A stretch of 64,000 nt of DNA from an uncultured bacterium (GTDB lineage Bacteria; UBP4; UBA4092), in assembly GCA_964644695.1 (NCBI GenBank), contig CAZXWN010000003.1, positions 124,001 through 188,000 on the forward strand, in the 5' to 3' direction. This document shows, piece after piece, positions 27,603 to 40,090 of the stretch (position 1 is its first letter; every line of letters begins with the position of its first letter). Both the position numbers and the translations under genes were made by a program. Under the pieces are notes generated by a model. It saw only the letters and a program-made list of their open reading frames with translations. It was not told the origin of the DNA and made no database searches.

Positions 27603-29888
27603 TTACTCCATCGAGACCCAGACAGGACTGGACCATGCCATCTCACTATCTTTTTGTACAACACGAAGATAGTAATAGTGAGTCCCCAAAGTTATGTCTG
27701 TATCTTTATAGGTAGAGGAGCCAAAATAGGAATCGCCCCCATAGGAGAATATAGTTTTTCCATCCCGAATTAAGTGAATATATTCGATTGGACCTGTGCC
27801 AATCACTCTGAAAGATATTTCGGGAAATTGTTTTGTTGTCAGGCAGCTTCCCATGAGTTGACCTTCAATGCGAAAGTCCATGTAGATTTTTGCTCCGGAG
27901 GTGGCATAGCACCGTCTGTTTCTCAGTGCCTCTAATATGGATTCACGGTCTAATTTGTTACTTAGGATGGCTGTCAATCCTGTGAGATTTGAGTCTGCCT
28001 TCCGGCTGACACCGTGTTGCCAGTTCATCCCGTGAGTGTCGCTTCCACCGATGATACCGAATCGCAACCCCTGATTTAATCCGTCCTGAATGAAATGCCC
28101 TTTCATCCCACCTCGGTGTTTTATGGGAAGATTTCCCATATATTCATAGGCACCATGTACAGATACAATTTCAATGACGGGTTCCAATTCCGGGTCATGG
28201 TTTTCCCAGTCAATACCGGTCCATCCAATATGGTGAGGGATAGCAACAGCCTTGTAGGGTTTAATTAAATCCAGTAATCCCTTTGTTTCTGTACTGTCAC
28301 CATAGGTATGGTAAAAGATGGGAGGGTCATCCTGTGTGAAATAAACATTTTTATGTCCCATACCTTTTGGATATCTGGCATGTGTCCATTCAAAAGCATT
28401 TAAGGTAACAAAACGTCCGGGTTGATTAAATGAGTTGGTGATGGATTTCATATATTCCCACTCAGTGGGTGATATCCTGTTTCCGACAAAATCTTCATGG
28501 TCCGTTAAGGCCATGAAATCCCATTGATATCGGTCTCTTCCTCGTGCATAGATTTCTTCAGGACAACCTACTCCGTCAGAAAATAAGGATTGGGTATGGA
28601 TATCTCCAAAATAAACTGAATAATCATTGATATGGAATTGAATCGATGCTGATGAATACTGTGGAGTGGGTGTGTCCGTCTTGTGCACGGGTTTAATTTT
28701 CAATGCTTCTGATTTTCCTGACCCTCCGGATATTTGTTGCAGCAGCATTTTCTGAACATCACGCCTGACTATCCAAAGATTCCCGTCTGGATCAAATTCA
28801 CCCCGAAGAAATTGTCCGCGTCCACCCCAATCTTCCGGGTTGGATAATACTTTGATGTCAGACCATTTATCCCCCGAATAATACTGGGTGTAAAAACTTT
28901 GCGAGGACCGACCTAGAATCCATATTCGATTATGTGGGTCTATTTTGACTTGAGGACATTCGAAGGACTGGTCTACACCGGCTTTAGACAAGTCTTTTCC
29001 ATTGGGCTTTTGTAACGGTTCATAAAACTTTTTACCGTCATAGCATTGCAAATAGAACCAGCGTGCCTGACCAAGACTGCCATCATCCTGCTGGTCATTA
29101 GACCAGGAAATCCAAACCCTGTTTTGATTATCAATTGCCAGGGATGGGTTGGTGTCATACGCAGGTCCAGAGGTCACTCGTACAGGTCTATTCTCTCCAA
29201 CTTTTAACAAATAGATGTCATTCTGTTTATCCTGGTAGTTTTCCCATGCAATCCAAAGTGTTCTATCATGACCCCTTATGATCGTTGGATTCCTGGAGAT
29301 GCCCTTCTGTTGTGGGAGCACTATTTTATTGAGTGTGCCGTCGTCTCGTACCTGTGTCAGATAGATACTTCTTGCTGTATCTTTATTTAAGCTTTCGCAG
29401 GAAAACCATATTCCGTTATCAGTGTCTTTGCAAATAACTGGATGGAACTGATCATTAGCTACAGGAATGGTAATCTCAGGATTCCATATATCCTCTGACT
29501 TCATGCGAAGCTGAATTTGCCATTGATTATTTCTTTTACTGGACCAGATAACCCAAATATGTTCCTTTGAATCCAGGCAAATCTTTGGTTCAAATTCAAA
29601 GCCAAAGCCATCTGTCTCTTTAAGCGGTACTGGACTTATTATTTCTTCTGATGAGAATTGTCCCTTAAAATAAGTTCGATAATAAACCGCATCCTTATTG
29701 TCTGTTGTTTTTGTATAAACCAGATGGATTACGCCTTTGGAATCTATGGCGATATCTGGAGACTTACTATCTGTTCCTTCAATAATCTGGACAGGTTCAG
29801 AATAATTCATAGGTGACATTTCAACTGCGCCTGCCCATGTTAGAGTGGCCATTGAAATAAAGAGTATCCAAAGTCTCCACATATCCAT
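27603..29888 (-). CDS. Secreted PHP-fold metallohydrolase (CehA/McbA or DUF3604-like) with N-terminal beta-propeller-like repeats
   Basis: Signal peptide; repeated P.I..D..G.[IL][HW] blades; FGDIHTQS..SDG, DFMALTDH, IPHH, EIVSVHG, GGSDTH, YATSG, AWSSPVWV. Confidence 0.75.
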   Translation of the reverse strand: MDMWRLWILFISMATLTWAGAVEMSPMNYSEPVQIIEGTDSKSPDIAIDSKGVIHLVYTKTTDNKDAVYYRTYFKGQFSSEEIISPVPLKETDGFGFEFEPKICLDSKEHIWVIWSSKRNNQWQIQLRMKSEDIWNPEITIPVANDQFHPVICKDTDNGIWFSCESLNKDTARSIYLTQVRDDGTLNKIVLPQQKGISRNPTIIRGHDRTLWIAWENYQDKQNDIYLLKVGENRPVRVTSGPAYDTNPSLAIDNQNRVWISWSNDQQDDGSLGQARWFYLQCYDGKKFYEPLQKPNGKDLSKAGVDQSFECPQVKIDPHNRIWILGRSSQSFYTQYYSGDKWSDIKVLSNPEDWGGRGQFLRGEFDPDGNLWIVRRDVQKMLLQQISGGSGKSEALKIKPVHKTDTPTPQYSSASIQFHINDYSVYFGDIHTQSLFSDGVGCPEEIYARGRDRYQWDFMALTDHEDFVGNRISPTEWEYMKSITNSFNQPGRFVTLNAFEWTHARYPKGMGHKNVYFTQDDPPIFYHTYGDSTETKGLLDLIKPYKAVAIPHHIGWTGIDWENHDPELEPVIEIVSVHGAYEYMGNLPIKHRGGMKGHFIQDGLNQGLRFGIIGGSDTHGMNWQHGVSRKADSNLTGLTAILSNKLDRESILEALRNRRCYATSGAKIYMDFRIEGQLMGSCLTTKQFPEISFRVIGTGPIEYIHLIRDGKTIFSYGGDSYFGSSTYKDTDITLGTHYYYLRVVQKDSEMAWSSPVWVSME

Positions 29889-29959
29889 CCCACCTATTCT
29901 TTAGATTTAATTTAGCCATATCCTATTTGAAGGCTGAATTTAACCATTGGTTATGTGAT

Positions 29960-30892
29960 TTAAGGGATGACACAGACCCTGTTTCGCCCTTCATGTTTTG
30001 CCTGATACAGAGCCTCATCCACCCGTGAAAGGGCATTTGTTATAGAATCATTTTCGTGATGGCACAGAGTTAACCCCAGACTGACTGTGATTTTCAATGG
30101 AGGTGTAGAGTTGACATCCGGAAATATTAAATTTGAAAGATCCTGTCGAATCCTTTCTGCAACAACATACCCTTCTTCTATATTCTTTTCTGGGATAATT
30201 ATCAGAAATTCTTCACCCCCATATCGGCCAATGATATCCGATAAACGGCATGAATTAAGCATTTGACGAGAACACTCCTGAAGCACCTTGTCACCCACAA
30301 GATGTCCATGTGAGTCATTTACTGATTTGAAGAAGTCAATATCCAACAACATGATGGTTAAATATTTATTATATCTTTGAGCACGACTCCATTCTTCTTC
30401 AAACCGGGTCATTAAAGCTCTCCGATTTAATAACCCAGTCAGTCCATCTTTGGCAGCAATCTCTTCTATCTTATGATGAGCATCTTGCAGTTCAAGTAAC
30501 TGGGCTTCTAATCTCGACTCCATATCAATCAATCGATTGGAAACATTTAAATAGGCCTGCATTTCCGTAAAGTTCAGAGGCTTGTTTAAGAACGAGTCTG
30601 CTCCTGAATTAAGCCCTTTAATTAAGTCGTTTTTAGCGTCCCGAGAGGTTAATAAAATTATGAAAAGATACCGTTTCCTTTTTAGCAATCTTGCTTGTCG
30701 GCACAGTTCAAGCCCATCCATTTCTGGCATTAACCAATCTGTAATCATTAATGATAAACATGGGTCTTTCTGCAGCAACATTAATGCCTCGGCTCCATTG
30801 GTGGCCGTTACAACTTCATAATGATTACGGGTCAGATATCCTTCCAGTAATTTCAGAGACATTCTGTCGTCATCTACAATTAATACCTTCAT
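29960..30892 (-). CDS. Response regulator diguanylate cyclase (REC-GGDEF)
   Basis: VLIVDDD, TDWLMPEMDG, DGLTGLLNRR, RxxD I-site (RLSD) and GGEEF. Confidence 0.93.
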   Translation of the reverse strand: MKVLIVDDDRMSLKLLEGYLTRNHYEVVTATNGAEALMLLQKDPCLSLMITDWLMPEMDGLELCRQARLLKRKRYLFIILLTSRDAKNDLIKGLNSGADSFLNKPLNFTEMQAYLNVSNRLIDMESRLEAQLLELQDAHHKIEEIAAKDGLTGLLNRRALMTRFEEEWSRAQRYNKYLTIMLLDIDFFKSVNDSHGHLVGDKVLQECSRQMLNSCRLSDIIGRYGGEEFLIIIPEKNIEEGYVVAERIRQDLSNLIFPDVNSTPPLKITVSLGLTLCHHENDSITNALSRVDEALYQAKHEGRNRVCVIP

Positions 30893-30893
30893 G

Positions 30894-33800
30894 TTATTGG
30901 GTGTCCTGTTGTTTGAAAATAGAACTCAAAGTAATAATGACATTCCCTTTTTCTTCGGTGAAACGGTTAAAGAGCTCTATGCATTCTGGAAGAGCTCCCT
31001 GTTCAGCTCTGTTCTGAATTTCTTCTGATAAATCGTGAAGCCTTACTGCTCCAATATTGCCAGAGGCTCCTTTAATGGCATGGGCTTCCTTTCTGAGGGT
31101 AGACAGGTCTTTTCCTTCAAGAGAAGCTTTCATGGTATTGAAGTGCCTATCCAACTCATCCAAGAATAAATCAACAAGTTCTTTCTGGAAATCTATGTCT
31201 TCTCCCGAGACTTCTCGTAACCGTTCAAGGATATTAGCAGCCAGTTCAAGGGATGTGTCTGGAGGCTTTGGAATAACAGGCTCATCTTGAACCGGTAGAT
31301 ATTTATCGAGTATTGTTTGGAGGGCGCTCACCTGAATGGGTTTCGATAAATAGTCATCCATGCCTGAAGCAATACACCGCTCTCTATCTCCCTTAAGGGC
31401 TTCAGCGGTGATGGCAACAATAGGAATATGTTTAGTTGTTCCTGATTCGAAGTTTCGAATTTCTTGAGTGGCTTCATAGCCATCCATTACTGGCATCTGG
31501 CAATCCATAAATACCAAATCATAAGATTTATTTTGAATTGCCTCAAGAGCCTCTTTACCATTATTGGCGATATCGCATGACAGTCCCATTTTATCCAACA
31601 TTCGATTAATTACCTTTTGATTAACCAGATTGTCTTCTACAACTAATAAACGGTATTGATTCTTTCGAGTTTCCTGGAGGGTGTGTCTAGTGATAAAGGT
31701 TTTGCTTTCTAATTGGGTTGAAATTTCCTTACCACTTCCAAGAATTGTTGCGATGGCATCGTATAGGTTGGAAAGTTTAATGGGTTTTGTTAAATAGGCT
31801 GTAAATCCGGCGGCTTTCATCATTGCTGCATCTCCAATACGGGGAGATGATGTCAATAACATCAGATGAATATTGGATAGGTGTTTATTTCCTTTGATAT
31901 GTCGAGCAACAGTTACACCATCCATCTCCGGCATATTGTAATCCAGTATGACGATATTAAACTGGTTTGGTTTATTGCATCTTTGATTTAACTTTTCCAG
32001 AGCTTCTGGCCCAGATTCTGCCTCATCAAATTCACATTCCCATAACCGGAACATTTCTCTTAGAACCTGGCGATTTGTCGGGTGATCATCAACAATCAGG
32101 ATTTTAGCCCCCTTGATTTTGTCTATCCGGGCCAAATGTGTTGTGGTATCCCCGGAGACTCTTTCGAAATTTGCTGTAAACCAGAAGACAGCCCCTTTTC
32201 CTACTTCGCTGGAAACATGAATTTCACCCTGCATATGTTCTACTAGTTTTTTGCATATCGCTAATCCCAGTCCAGTCCCACCATATTTTCGTGTAGTGGA
32301 TGCATCAACTTGAGAAAACGATTTGAATAATTTATCTTGATGTTCTTTATCAATACCAATACCTGTATCTTCGACTTCAAAAAGGAGCTCTACATGGTTA
32401 TTGAAATAACTATTAAACTTTACGCGGAGAACTACTTCTCCCTTATCGGTAAATTTAATCGCATTATTAACCAGATTCAACAGAACCTGTCTCAGTCTTC
32501 CTGGGTCACCTATTATCCTTTCGGGGACTTGTGACTGGATAAGAATAGCTAACTCTAAATCTTTGTTGTAAGCTTTTTGTCCCAGGATATCAAGAACCTC
32601 TTCGACGCAGCATCGCAAATCAAAATCAATAGATTCAAGTTCCAGTTTACCCGCTTCAATTTTCGAATAATCTAAAATATCATTGATGATGGTTAGCAAT
32701 ACATCACTTGAATTACGAATAACCTCGGCGTAATCTTTTTGAACTGTATTTAGATTTGTATCTAACATCAATTCTGACATTCCAACTATGGCATTTAGCG
32801 GTGTTCTGATTTCATGGCTCATGTTGGCGAGGAATTCAGATTTTACTTGAGTTGCTCTTTCAGCATCCATTCTGGCTTGTTCAAGAATCTTAGCGTTTCG
32901 ATTAAGCTCCGCGTATAGTTTTGCATTATGAATAACAATACCTAATTCACGTCCCAGTGTGGTGTAAAATTCGATATCTTCTGCTGAAAAATAATTAGTT
33001 TTCTGAGTATTATCAACTCGCAATACACCAATGACTTCTTGTTGTAACAGGATGGGGACTGCCAGTGTTGATTTGAGGCTCAGTTCATTTACGTACTTGG
33101 AGGGGATTAAATCAGATTTTGTGCAGTCATTAATCAGGACGGGTTGTGCTTCTAAAAAACATTTGCCTGATATGCTATATCCGACAGGTTGTGCAAAAGC
33201 GGACATATCCAAGTCGTCAGGACGTTCATTAAACCAATCCATTTGATCGGGTTCAACTAAAGCTTTGCGTCTCTCATCATAGAAGAATAGGGATACCTTC
33301 TGTATGCCCATATATTCAGGTAAAAGTCTGGCCACTTCGGAAACAACCGTAGGTATATCCAAACAGCTATAATATGACTCTGACAGTGTTTCTAAGAGTT
33401 GAAGTCTTTGGATTCTATTATGGAGTGTTTGTTCCATTAATTTTCGGTCTGTAATATCTCTTAATATTCCTAATCCGTACCCTTCATTGTCGATCATGAC
33501 TCTCGCAACGGATGCTTCAACGGGTATTTCCAAGCCTTCTTTTCTGCATAACTGATATTCAAACAGAGAGCCAGATGTGGCTGTGGTGTTATTTTTACCT
33601 GTTTTGCTAAAGTTTTTAAGCCGATCAATGTATTCAGTTTTCAGTCTATTGGGAACTAGAAGTTCAACTAGATTTTTACCTAAGGCTTCGCTATATTCCC
33701 ATCCAAATATACGTTCTGCAGACTTGTTCCAAACCCTAATATTCATTGAGCTGTCAATCATTATAATGGCATCATGTGCTGAATCACTGATGCCATGGAA

Positions 33801-34628
33801 GGTGGCTTCTTGTTTGCGGAATTCTTTTTCCATTTCTTTTCGAGATGAGATGTCTCGAATGACACCCACAGCATGCCAACAATCTTTCAAGCGAACAGCA
33901 CCTAATGATATTTCTATAGGAATAACGGAGCCGTCTTTTCTATTGGCGGTTAATTCAAGGGTTTTACCTATTGCATTACCTTTTCCTGTTTTCGTGAAAT
34001 CTTTCATGGCAGCATAGTGTGCTTTATGGTAATTTTCAGGACTGATGATTTGATGAAGTTCCTTGCCCAACATTTCATCAGATGTCCATCCAAATATTTT
34101 TTCTGCTGCTTTGTTCCAATAGGTAGTAATCCCATTTGAATCCATCATGATTATGGCATCCATGGCCGTAGACATGATGGCCTGAAATGTTTCTTCTTTT
34201 TCTGTCAGGTCTTGTTCATATTTTTTACGGTTGGTAATGTCATTTTCAATCGAAATAAAATTGGATATTATGCCCTTTTCATCTTTAACAGGATGTACCT
34301 CTATGTCCAGCCAAATTTCTTTTCCGGATTTATGATAATTAAGAAGTTCAACATGTACACCCTCTCCGGATGAAAGGTGATCGCTCATTTGTTTTAAGGT
34401 CTGAGGATCAGTTTTCGGGCCTGTTAATATTTCAGAGGGTTTTTTATGAAGAACTTCTTCTAATGTATATCCAGTTATTTTAGAAAAACTATTATTTACC
34501 CAGAGTATATTTCCTTTTGGGCCTGATAGTATAACAGCACTCCGCGAGAGAATTGCGACATGCTTCAAATTAACCAAGGAAGGATCGTTGTCGATATTGG
34601 GAGGGATGTTTGGACTTTGCTCACTCAT
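30894..34628 (-). CDS. Soluble hybrid histidine kinase (3xPAS-GAF-HisKA-HATPase-REC-REC-Hpt)
   Basis: [15 protein letters not shown]-box, NAIKFT, DTGIG, GGTGLGL, two receiver domains (LDYNMP, MDCQMP) and Hpt AHAIKGAS. Confidence 0.95.
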   Translation of the reverse strand: MSEQSPNIPPNIDNDPSLVNLKHVAILSRSAVILSGPKGNILWVNNSFSKITGYTLEEVLHKKPSEILTGPKTDPQTLKQMSDHLSSGEGVHVELLNYHKSGKEIWLDIEVHPVKDEKGIISNFISIENDITNRKKYEQDLTEKEETFQAIMSTAMDAIIMMDSNGITTYWNKAAEKIFGWTSDEMLGKELHQIISPENYHKAHYAAMKDFTKTGKGNAIGKTLELTANRKDGSVIPIEISLGAVRLKDCWHAVGVIRDISSRKEMEKEFRKQEATFHGISDSAHDAIIMIDSSMNIRVWNKSAERIFGWEYSEALGKNLVELLVPNRLKTEYIDRLKNFSKTGKNNTTATSGSLFEYQLCRKEGLEIPVEASVARVMIDNEGYGLGILRDITDRKLMEQTLHNRIQRLQLLETLSESYYSCLDIPTVVSEVARLLPEYMGIQKVSLFFYDERRKALVEPDQMDWFNERPDDLDMSAFAQPVGYSISGKCFLEAQPVLINDCTKSDLIPSKYVNELSLKSTLAVPILLQQEVIGVLRVDNTQKTNYFSAEDIEFYTTLGRELGIVIHNAKLYAELNRNAKILEQARMDAERATQVKSEFLANMSHEIRTPLNAIVGMSELMLDTNLNTVQKDYAEVIRNSSDVLLTIINDILDYSKIEAGKLELESIDFDLRCCVEEVLDILGQKAYNKDLELAILIQSQVPERIIGDPGRLRQVLLNLVNNAIKFTDKGEVVLRVKFNSYFNNHVELLFEVEDTGIGIDKEHQDKLFKSFSQVDASTTRKYGGTGLGLAICKKLVEHMQGEIHVSSEVGKGAVFWFTANFERVSGDTTTHLARIDKIKGAKILIVDDHPTNRQVLREMFRLWECEFDEAESGPEALEKLNQRCNKPNQFNIVILDYNMPEMDGVTVARHIKGNKHLSNIHLMLLTSSPRIGDAAMMKAAGFTAYLTKPIKLSNLYDAIATILGSGKEISTQLESKTFITRHTLQETRKNQYRLLVVEDNLVNQKVINRMLDKMGLSCDIANNGKEALEAIQNKSYDLVFMDCQMPVMDGYEATQEIRNFESGTTKHIPIVAITAEALKGDRERCIASGMDDYLSKPIQVSALQTILDKYLPVQDEPVIPKPPDTSLELAANILERLREVSGEDIDFQKELVDLFLDELDRHFNTMKASLEGKDLSTLRKEAHAIKGASGNIGAVRLHDLSEEIQNRAEQGALPECIELFNRFTEEKGNVIITLSSIFKQQDTQ

Positions 34629-34769
34629 TTAGCCGTCTCCATATAACTATAAAGATAACTGATGGTATTTTGATTATATATGAGCGCAGCAATATATACT
34701 TACTTTTTTGAGAAAAAGAATAAAACATTTCTTTAACCAGGAAAGTATGGGGGGAGAGTGTTTATATAT

Positions 34770-36245
34770 TTACAATTTTATAAGTTTTAAAACAGCATTC
34801 AGGATATTAGATGGGAAAAGCCCCAGATAGAGGACCCCAGCTAAACAGATTGAAACCATAAGAGTTCCCAGAGATGGGATGACAGGCAATGGATGTTGGT
34901 CTTCAGACACATCTTCGCGCATGAACATATACACGACAACCCGAAGATAGTAGAAGGCAGAGACTACACTGGTGAGAAGAGCCAAAGTTACCAAACCAAT
35001 ATTTCCAGCAGCGATAGCATCTTTAAACAGGTACAGCTTGCCGATAAAACCAACTGTCAGAGGAAAGCCCGTCAGTGAGAGTAAGAAAACAGACATGGTC
35101 AGTGCCAGAACAGGTTTCCGATAACCGAGACCGGTATATCGTTTGATCTGGAGTCCTTTTTTATCAGCACCTTGTAACATATAAACGATAGCAAATGCTC
35201 CTAAATTCATGAGCATATATCCAACCAGATAGAAATATATAGAAGCCATTGCTTCCGGTTTGGCTGAATTCAATCCAACCAGCATATAACCAGCGTGAGC
35301 TATGGAGGAATAGGCCAACATTCTTTTAATGTTTGTCTGAGCCACAGCGACCAGATTTCCCATAAGCATAGTCAGTGCAGCAAGAACTCCCAATAAAGCA
35401 GGCCAATGGATAGCGCCAAATTCAGATGCGGGATTAAATGCTCCACCCAGGAAGAATCGACATAAGGCAGCAAATGCAGCAGCTTTGGGGCCAACGGTCA
35501 TGAAGGCTGTAACTACAGTCGGCGCTCCTTCATAAACATCTGGGATCCATGCGTGGAAAGGAACTAGTCCAACTTTAAAACCCATCCCGATAAGGAAGAG
35601 TCCAACTCCGGCTGGGACCATCCAATCATTGTATCCAGCAGGGTGTGTGGTTAACCATGCGCCGATATCTTTTAAATTAGTGGAGCCAGTACATCCATAG
35701 AGGAATGCAATGCCGTACAGGAGAAATGCGGAAGAGAATGCGCCCATTAGCAGGTATTTCATACCCGATTCGGCAGCATTCTTATCAGACCGTGTAATAG
35801 AAGACAACACATAGAGAGGGATGGACATTAATTCAAGACCCAAGAACATAATGACCAAATCTGTGGTGGAAGCCATTATAACCATGCCCAGAGTGGCAAA
35901 CAACATAAGTGAATAATACTCACCGCCGGGTATATTTTCTTTTGAAACAAAGGGAGCAGAGAGAACAAATACTAATGCAGATGAAATAACAAACAGTAGT
36001 GAGAATAATAGCGAAAATCCGTCAAAGGTGACCATATTATTCAGTGTAGATGTACCCAGTTTCCCTTGAATTGCCATCATTGAAAGGATGGTAATGTTTA
36101 ATGTAGCTAATCCACAAATGGATAATATTTCCTGTCGATTTTTAGGGATGAATAAGCCCAACAGGAGTATCAATAACGCAGCGGCCCCGAGCACGAACTG
36201 GGGATATAAAAGACTTAAGTCAATATTAGGCATCACAATGGTCAT
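34770..36245 (-). CDS. nuoN: NADH-quinone oxidoreductase subunit N
   Basis: [47 protein letters not shown]; last gene of the operon. Confidence 0.95.
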   Translation of the reverse strand: MTIVMPNIDLSLLYPQFVLGAAALLILLLGLFIPKNRQEILSICGLATLNITILSMMAIQGKLGTSTLNNMVTFDGFSLLFSLLFVISSALVFVLSAPFVSKENIPGGEYYSLMLFATLGMVIMASTTDLVIMFLGLELMSIPLYVLSSITRSDKNAAESGMKYLLMGAFSSAFLLYGIAFLYGCTGSTNLKDIGAWLTTHPAGYNDWMVPAGVGLFLIGMGFKVGLVPFHAWIPDVYEGAPTVVTAFMTVGPKAAAFAALCRFFLGGAFNPASEFGAIHWPALLGVLAALTMLMGNLVAVAQTNIKRMLAYSSIAHAGYMLVGLNSAKPEAMASIYFYLVGYMLMNLGAFAIVYMLQGADKKGLQIKRYTGLGYRKPVLALTMSVFLLSLTGFPLTVGFIGKLYLFKDAIAAGNIGLVTLALLTSVVSAFYYLRVVVYMFMREDVSEDQHPLPVIPSLGTLMVSICLAGVLYLGLFPSNILNAVLKLIKL

Positions 36246-37801
36246 GGCAGTGCAGTCTCCGTTGTGGAAGTCCCGGTTGTGAGTGCAGGTGTTTGTATCG
36301 TAGTAACTGCAGGTGTCACAACAGGGGAGGGTTCGTATCGTTGGATTACTTTTTGAATGGAAGGTTCCATCCGGTCAATAAAGGGTTTTGGATAAATACC
36401 AATCCAGAACATTAAAACCAATATGGGGATTAGTGCCAGAATTTCTTTGTAATTTAAATCTTTCAGAGAATTATTTACGTCCTTTGTAACTTCACCAAAC
36501 ATGACTCGTTGTAACATCCAGAGCATATAGACGGCACCAATAATAATCCCGAAAGATGCAACAGCTCCATAAATAGGATTGAATTTGAATGCACCCACCA
36601 GGATGCTGAATTCACCCACAAAACCATTTAGTCCGGGAAGACCAATGGAGGAAAAAGTCACAATCAAGAAGACAAAGAAGAAAGCCGGGATGACTTTTGC
36701 AATACCACCAAACTCTTCAATTAACCGGGTATGGCGACGGTTGTACAACATGCCGACCATAAGAAACAAGGCCCCGGTGGACAAGCCATGGTTGATCATT
36801 TGAAGTAAACCACCTGTTATCCCTTGTATGTTCAGAACAAAAATACCCAAGACTACATATCCCAAGTGACTAACGGAAGAATAAGCAACCAACTTCTTCA
36901 TGTCAGGTTGTACCATTGCCACGAGACCCCCGTATACAATCCCAATCAAGGCTAACAGACAGACAACCGGTAACCATACCAATACTGCTGACGGGAAGAG
37001 GGGAAGACAAAACCGGAGGAAACCATAAGTACCCATTTTCAGCAACACACCTGCAAGAATAACAGAGCCAGCAGTGGGTGCTTCGACGTGGGCATCCGGT
37101 AACCATGTATGTAATGGGAATAAAGGTACCTTTATGGCAAAGGCAATAAAGAATGCCAGGAATAGCCAGTATTGTTGTTTGGGGGAAAGTATAAGGTGTT
37201 CCCAGTCCATCAGGTTGAAACTGAAGACACCGGTTGTTTTGTAATTCAAGTAATAAATGAACAGAATACCGACTAACATCAAGGCACTTCCCGCCATAGT
37301 GTAGAGCAGGAACTTAATGGCGGCGTAAATCCGGCGTTCGTGCCCCCAAATACCAATGAGGAAATACATTGGAATCAACATGACTTCCCAGAATAAGTAA
37401 AACAGAAGCATATCCACGGCGAGGAAAACGCCAATCATTCCTACTTCGAGTAAAAGCAGAGACGCATAGTAGGATTTCACCTTCGTACTGATGGAATCAA
37501 AAGAAGCATAGATTGCAATCGCAGACAGCATGGTCGTAAGCAGAATAAGGAATAAACTGATGCCATCAACACCGATATGATAGGAAGCTCCGAGAGCAGG
37601 TATCCAATCCCATTTTTCAACAAACTGTAAATTAGGGTTTCCTTTTTGGAATCCGGGTAATAACAGAAGAGAGAACAGGAAGTTAAGAATGGCGGTACCT
37701 AACGCCATATATTTAGCTTTTTCTTTTGGAAGAAAAGCTAAAAGGATGACACCCACCAGAGGCAGGAACGTCAGTATCGACAATAATGGTAATTTACTCA
37801 T
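36242..37801 (-). CDS. nuoM: NADH-quinone oxidoreductase subunit M
   Basis: [47 protein letters not shown]. Confidence 0.97.
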   Translation of the reverse strand: MSKLPLLSILTFLPLVGVILLAFLPKEKAKYMALGTAILNFLFSLLLLPGFQKGNPNLQFVEKWDWIPALGASYHIGVDGISLFLILLTTMLSAIAIYASFDSISTKVKSYYASLLLLEVGMIGVFLAVDMLLFYLFWEVMLIPMYFLIGIWGHERRIYAAIKFLLYTMAGSALMLVGILFIYYLNYKTTGVFSFNLMDWEHLILSPKQQYWLFLAFFIAFAIKVPLFPLHTWLPDAHVEAPTAGSVILAGVLLKMGTYGFLRFCLPLFPSAVLVWLPVVCLLALIGIVYGGLVAMVQPDMKKLVAYSSVSHLGYVVLGIFVLNIQGITGGLLQMINHGLSTGALFLMVGMLYNRRHTRLIEEFGGIAKVIPAFFFVFLIVTFSSIGLPGLNGFVGEFSILVGAFKFNPIYGAVASFGIIIGAVYMLWMLQRVMFGEVTKDVNNSLKDLNYKEILALIPILVLMFWIGIYPKPFIDRMEPSIQKVIQRYEPSPVVTPAVTTIQTPALTTGTSTTETALP

Positions 37802-37816
37802 TGTTTAAATATCCTT

Positions 37817-39706
37817 TTACCGGGTTAAAAAGAATCCCAGTACTGCAATAACCCCGACAACAAACAGGGTGGCATAAGTCCGGACATATCCGGATTGGAA
37901 AAATCTCAGTAATTGACCCACCCCGGAGGTGGTCCAACCTATACCATTCACAATGCCATCAATGACGAGGGTATCAAACCCTTTCCACAATGCGATGGAT
38001 ATCCGTTTCACAGGTTGAATAATTGCCCAGTTGTAAAATTCATCTACATAATATTTATTAGTAAGGATCCTATGGGGTATAGCCAGTTTTTCAGTCAGGG
38101 TTTCGGTAAGTTTCAGGTTTCTGACATAGAAGAACCGAGCTGCCAGCAGGCCGATGAAGGCTACTCCGACAGCGAGAACAATTAACACGACCATCATGGT
38201 CATTGATTCTCCATGACCATGGGCGGCTTCATGAGCAGTGTTGGAAAAAACGGGTGAAAGGAAGTTATTAATAAAACTACCTTCTTTAAATTTCCATCCC
38301 ATCACCAATCCACCAAAGATGGACAATACACCCAAAATCATCAGTGGTATTGTCATAACAGATGGGGATTCATGGGCATGATGACTCTGAGTATCATACC
38401 GAGGCTTTCCTTTGAAGGTCAGGTAGAAGGCCCGGAACATATAGAAAGAAGTCAAAAGTGCTGTTAACAGGCAAATTGCATAAACCAGATATTCCTGTTT
38501 AGTGAAAGCTGCGGTCAGGATTTCTTCTTTGGAGAAGAATCCCGCAAAGGGAGGTATTCCAGCAATTGCCAGACAGGCAACCCAGAAAGTCCAGCAGGTA
38601 TTTTTCATTATCTTGCCTAATCCACCCATCTTCCACATATCTGTTTCATTGGCCATGGCGTGCATCACACTACCAGCACCCAGGAAGAGGAGGGCTTTAA
38701 AGAAAGCATGGGTCGCCAGATGGAATATTCCTGCACCATAGGCACCTAATCCTACTGCCACAAACATATATCCGAGCTGGGAGATAGTGGAATAAGCGAG
38801 TACGCGCTTAATGTCTTTCTGGACTAAGGCAATTGTTGCCGCAAAGAAAGCGGTCAGGGTTCCCATCCAGACGACAGCGTTTTGAGTGATGGGAGCTAAA
38901 TCAAATAAAACATGACAACGGGCAATCATATAAACGCCGGCGGTAACCATCGTTGCCGCGTGAATCAATGCAGAGACAGGAGTTGGACCTTCCATGGCAT
39001 CTGGTAACCAGACATAAAGGGGTATCTGTGCAGACTTGCCCATGGCGCCCAACATCAGCAACAGGGTAATGGCAGTGATGACGCCCGTACCCACGCCGCC
39101 TACGGATGAGAATACCTGGTCATATTGGAGAGTTCCAAAGGTGACGAAAATCAGCATAATGCCTAATCCAAAACCGAAATCACCCACTCGGTTAACGATA
39201 AAGGCTTTCTTTCCGGCATCCGCAGCGGATTTTTTATTAAACCAGAATCCAATCAACAGGTAGGAGCAAAGACCGACTGCTTCCCAAAAGACATACAGAA
39301 GGAGGAAGTTGTTAGCCAATACGAGGTTCACCATGGAAAAGATGAAGAGATTCAGATAAATAAAGAAGCGGCGATACCAGGGATCCCCGTGCATATAACC
39401 GATGGAATAGATATGAATCAGGAAACCTACGCCTGTGACAACCAATAACATAATGGCTGAAAGCGCATCAACCTGAACTCCGAACCAGGTTTTAAAGGTG
39501 CCGACCTGAATCCAGTCGAAATAGTTATAATTCAGGGTTTTGCCGCCCCATACTTCCATGAAGGCTTTTAATGATACGAGAAATGAACCTAATACAGTGC
39601 CACAGGCAATCCAGTGGACCTGTTTCTCAAAGTATCGACCCAGTATGATGTTTATGAGCAAACCCGCCAAAGGGAGTGCCGGTATCAACCAAATGTAATT
39701 TTCCAT
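37817..39706 (-). CDS. nuoL: NADH-quinone oxidoreductase subunit L
   Basis: KAFIVNRVGD, KSAQIPLYVWLPDAMEGPTPVSALIHAATMV, HAFFKALLFL. Confidence 0.97.
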   Translation of the reverse strand: MENYIWLIPALPLAGLLINIILGRYFEKQVHWIACGTVLGSFLVSLKAFMEVWGGKTLNYNYFDWIQVGTFKTWFGVQVDALSAIMLLVVTGVGFLIHIYSIGYMHGDPWYRRFFIYLNLFIFSMVNLVLANNFLLLYVFWEAVGLCSYLLIGFWFNKKSAADAGKKAFIVNRVGDFGFGLGIMLIFVTFGTLQYDQVFSSVGGVGTGVITAITLLLMLGAMGKSAQIPLYVWLPDAMEGPTPVSALIHAATMVTAGVYMIARCHVLFDLAPITQNAVVWMGTLTAFFAATIALVQKDIKRVLAYSTISQLGYMFVAVGLGAYGAGIFHLATHAFFKALLFLGAGSVMHAMANETDMWKMGGLGKIMKNTCWTFWVACLAIAGIPPFAGFFSKEEILTAAFTKQEYLVYAICLLTALLTSFYMFRAFYLTFKGKPRYDTQSHHAHESPSVMTIPLMILGVLSIFGGLVMGWKFKEGSFINNFLSPVFSNTAHEAAHGHGESMTMMVVLIVLAVGVAFIGLLAARFFYVRNLKLTETLTEKLAIPHRILTNKYYVDEFYNWAIIQPVKRISIALWKGFDTLVIDGIVNGIGWTTSGVGQLLRFFQSGYVRTYATLFVVGVIAVLGFFLTR

Positions 39707-39780
39707 AGTTTTACCAATTCAATAGTTTTATCAATAAACTCCTGAAATAATCAGGTATTGCAGACTTTACACAGGGAGTA

Positions 39781-40086
39781 TTAACCCTGTAGAGAAGTCA
39801 TTTCATCGGGATCAATTGTCTTCCGATGTCGGAACATATTAATAATGATGGCCAAACCCACAGACACTTCAGCTGCGGCAATAGCGAGAACAAAGAAGAC
39901 GATCATTTGACCATTCATTGCATTCAGACTACGAGATAGTGCCACTAAAGTGAGATTGACAGCATTCATCATCAATTCCACACACATCAACATGACGATA
40001 GTATTCCGCCGAGTCATCATCCCTACCGCTCCCAGAAAAAACAGGATGGCACTGAGACTTAAATAATATGAAAGAGGTACTGACAC
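39781..40086 (-). CDS. nuoK: NADH-quinone oxidoreductase subunit K
   Basis: RRN..ELMMNAVN, AAAEVSVGLA; GTG start at 40086 preferred over 40122. Confidence 0.93.
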   Translation of the reverse strand: MSVPLSYYLSLSAILFFLGAVGMMTRRNTIVMLMCVELMMNAVNLTLVALSRSLNAMNGQMIVFFVLAIAAAEVSVGLAIIINMFRHRKTIDPDEMTSLQG

Positions 40087-40090
40087 TGGA

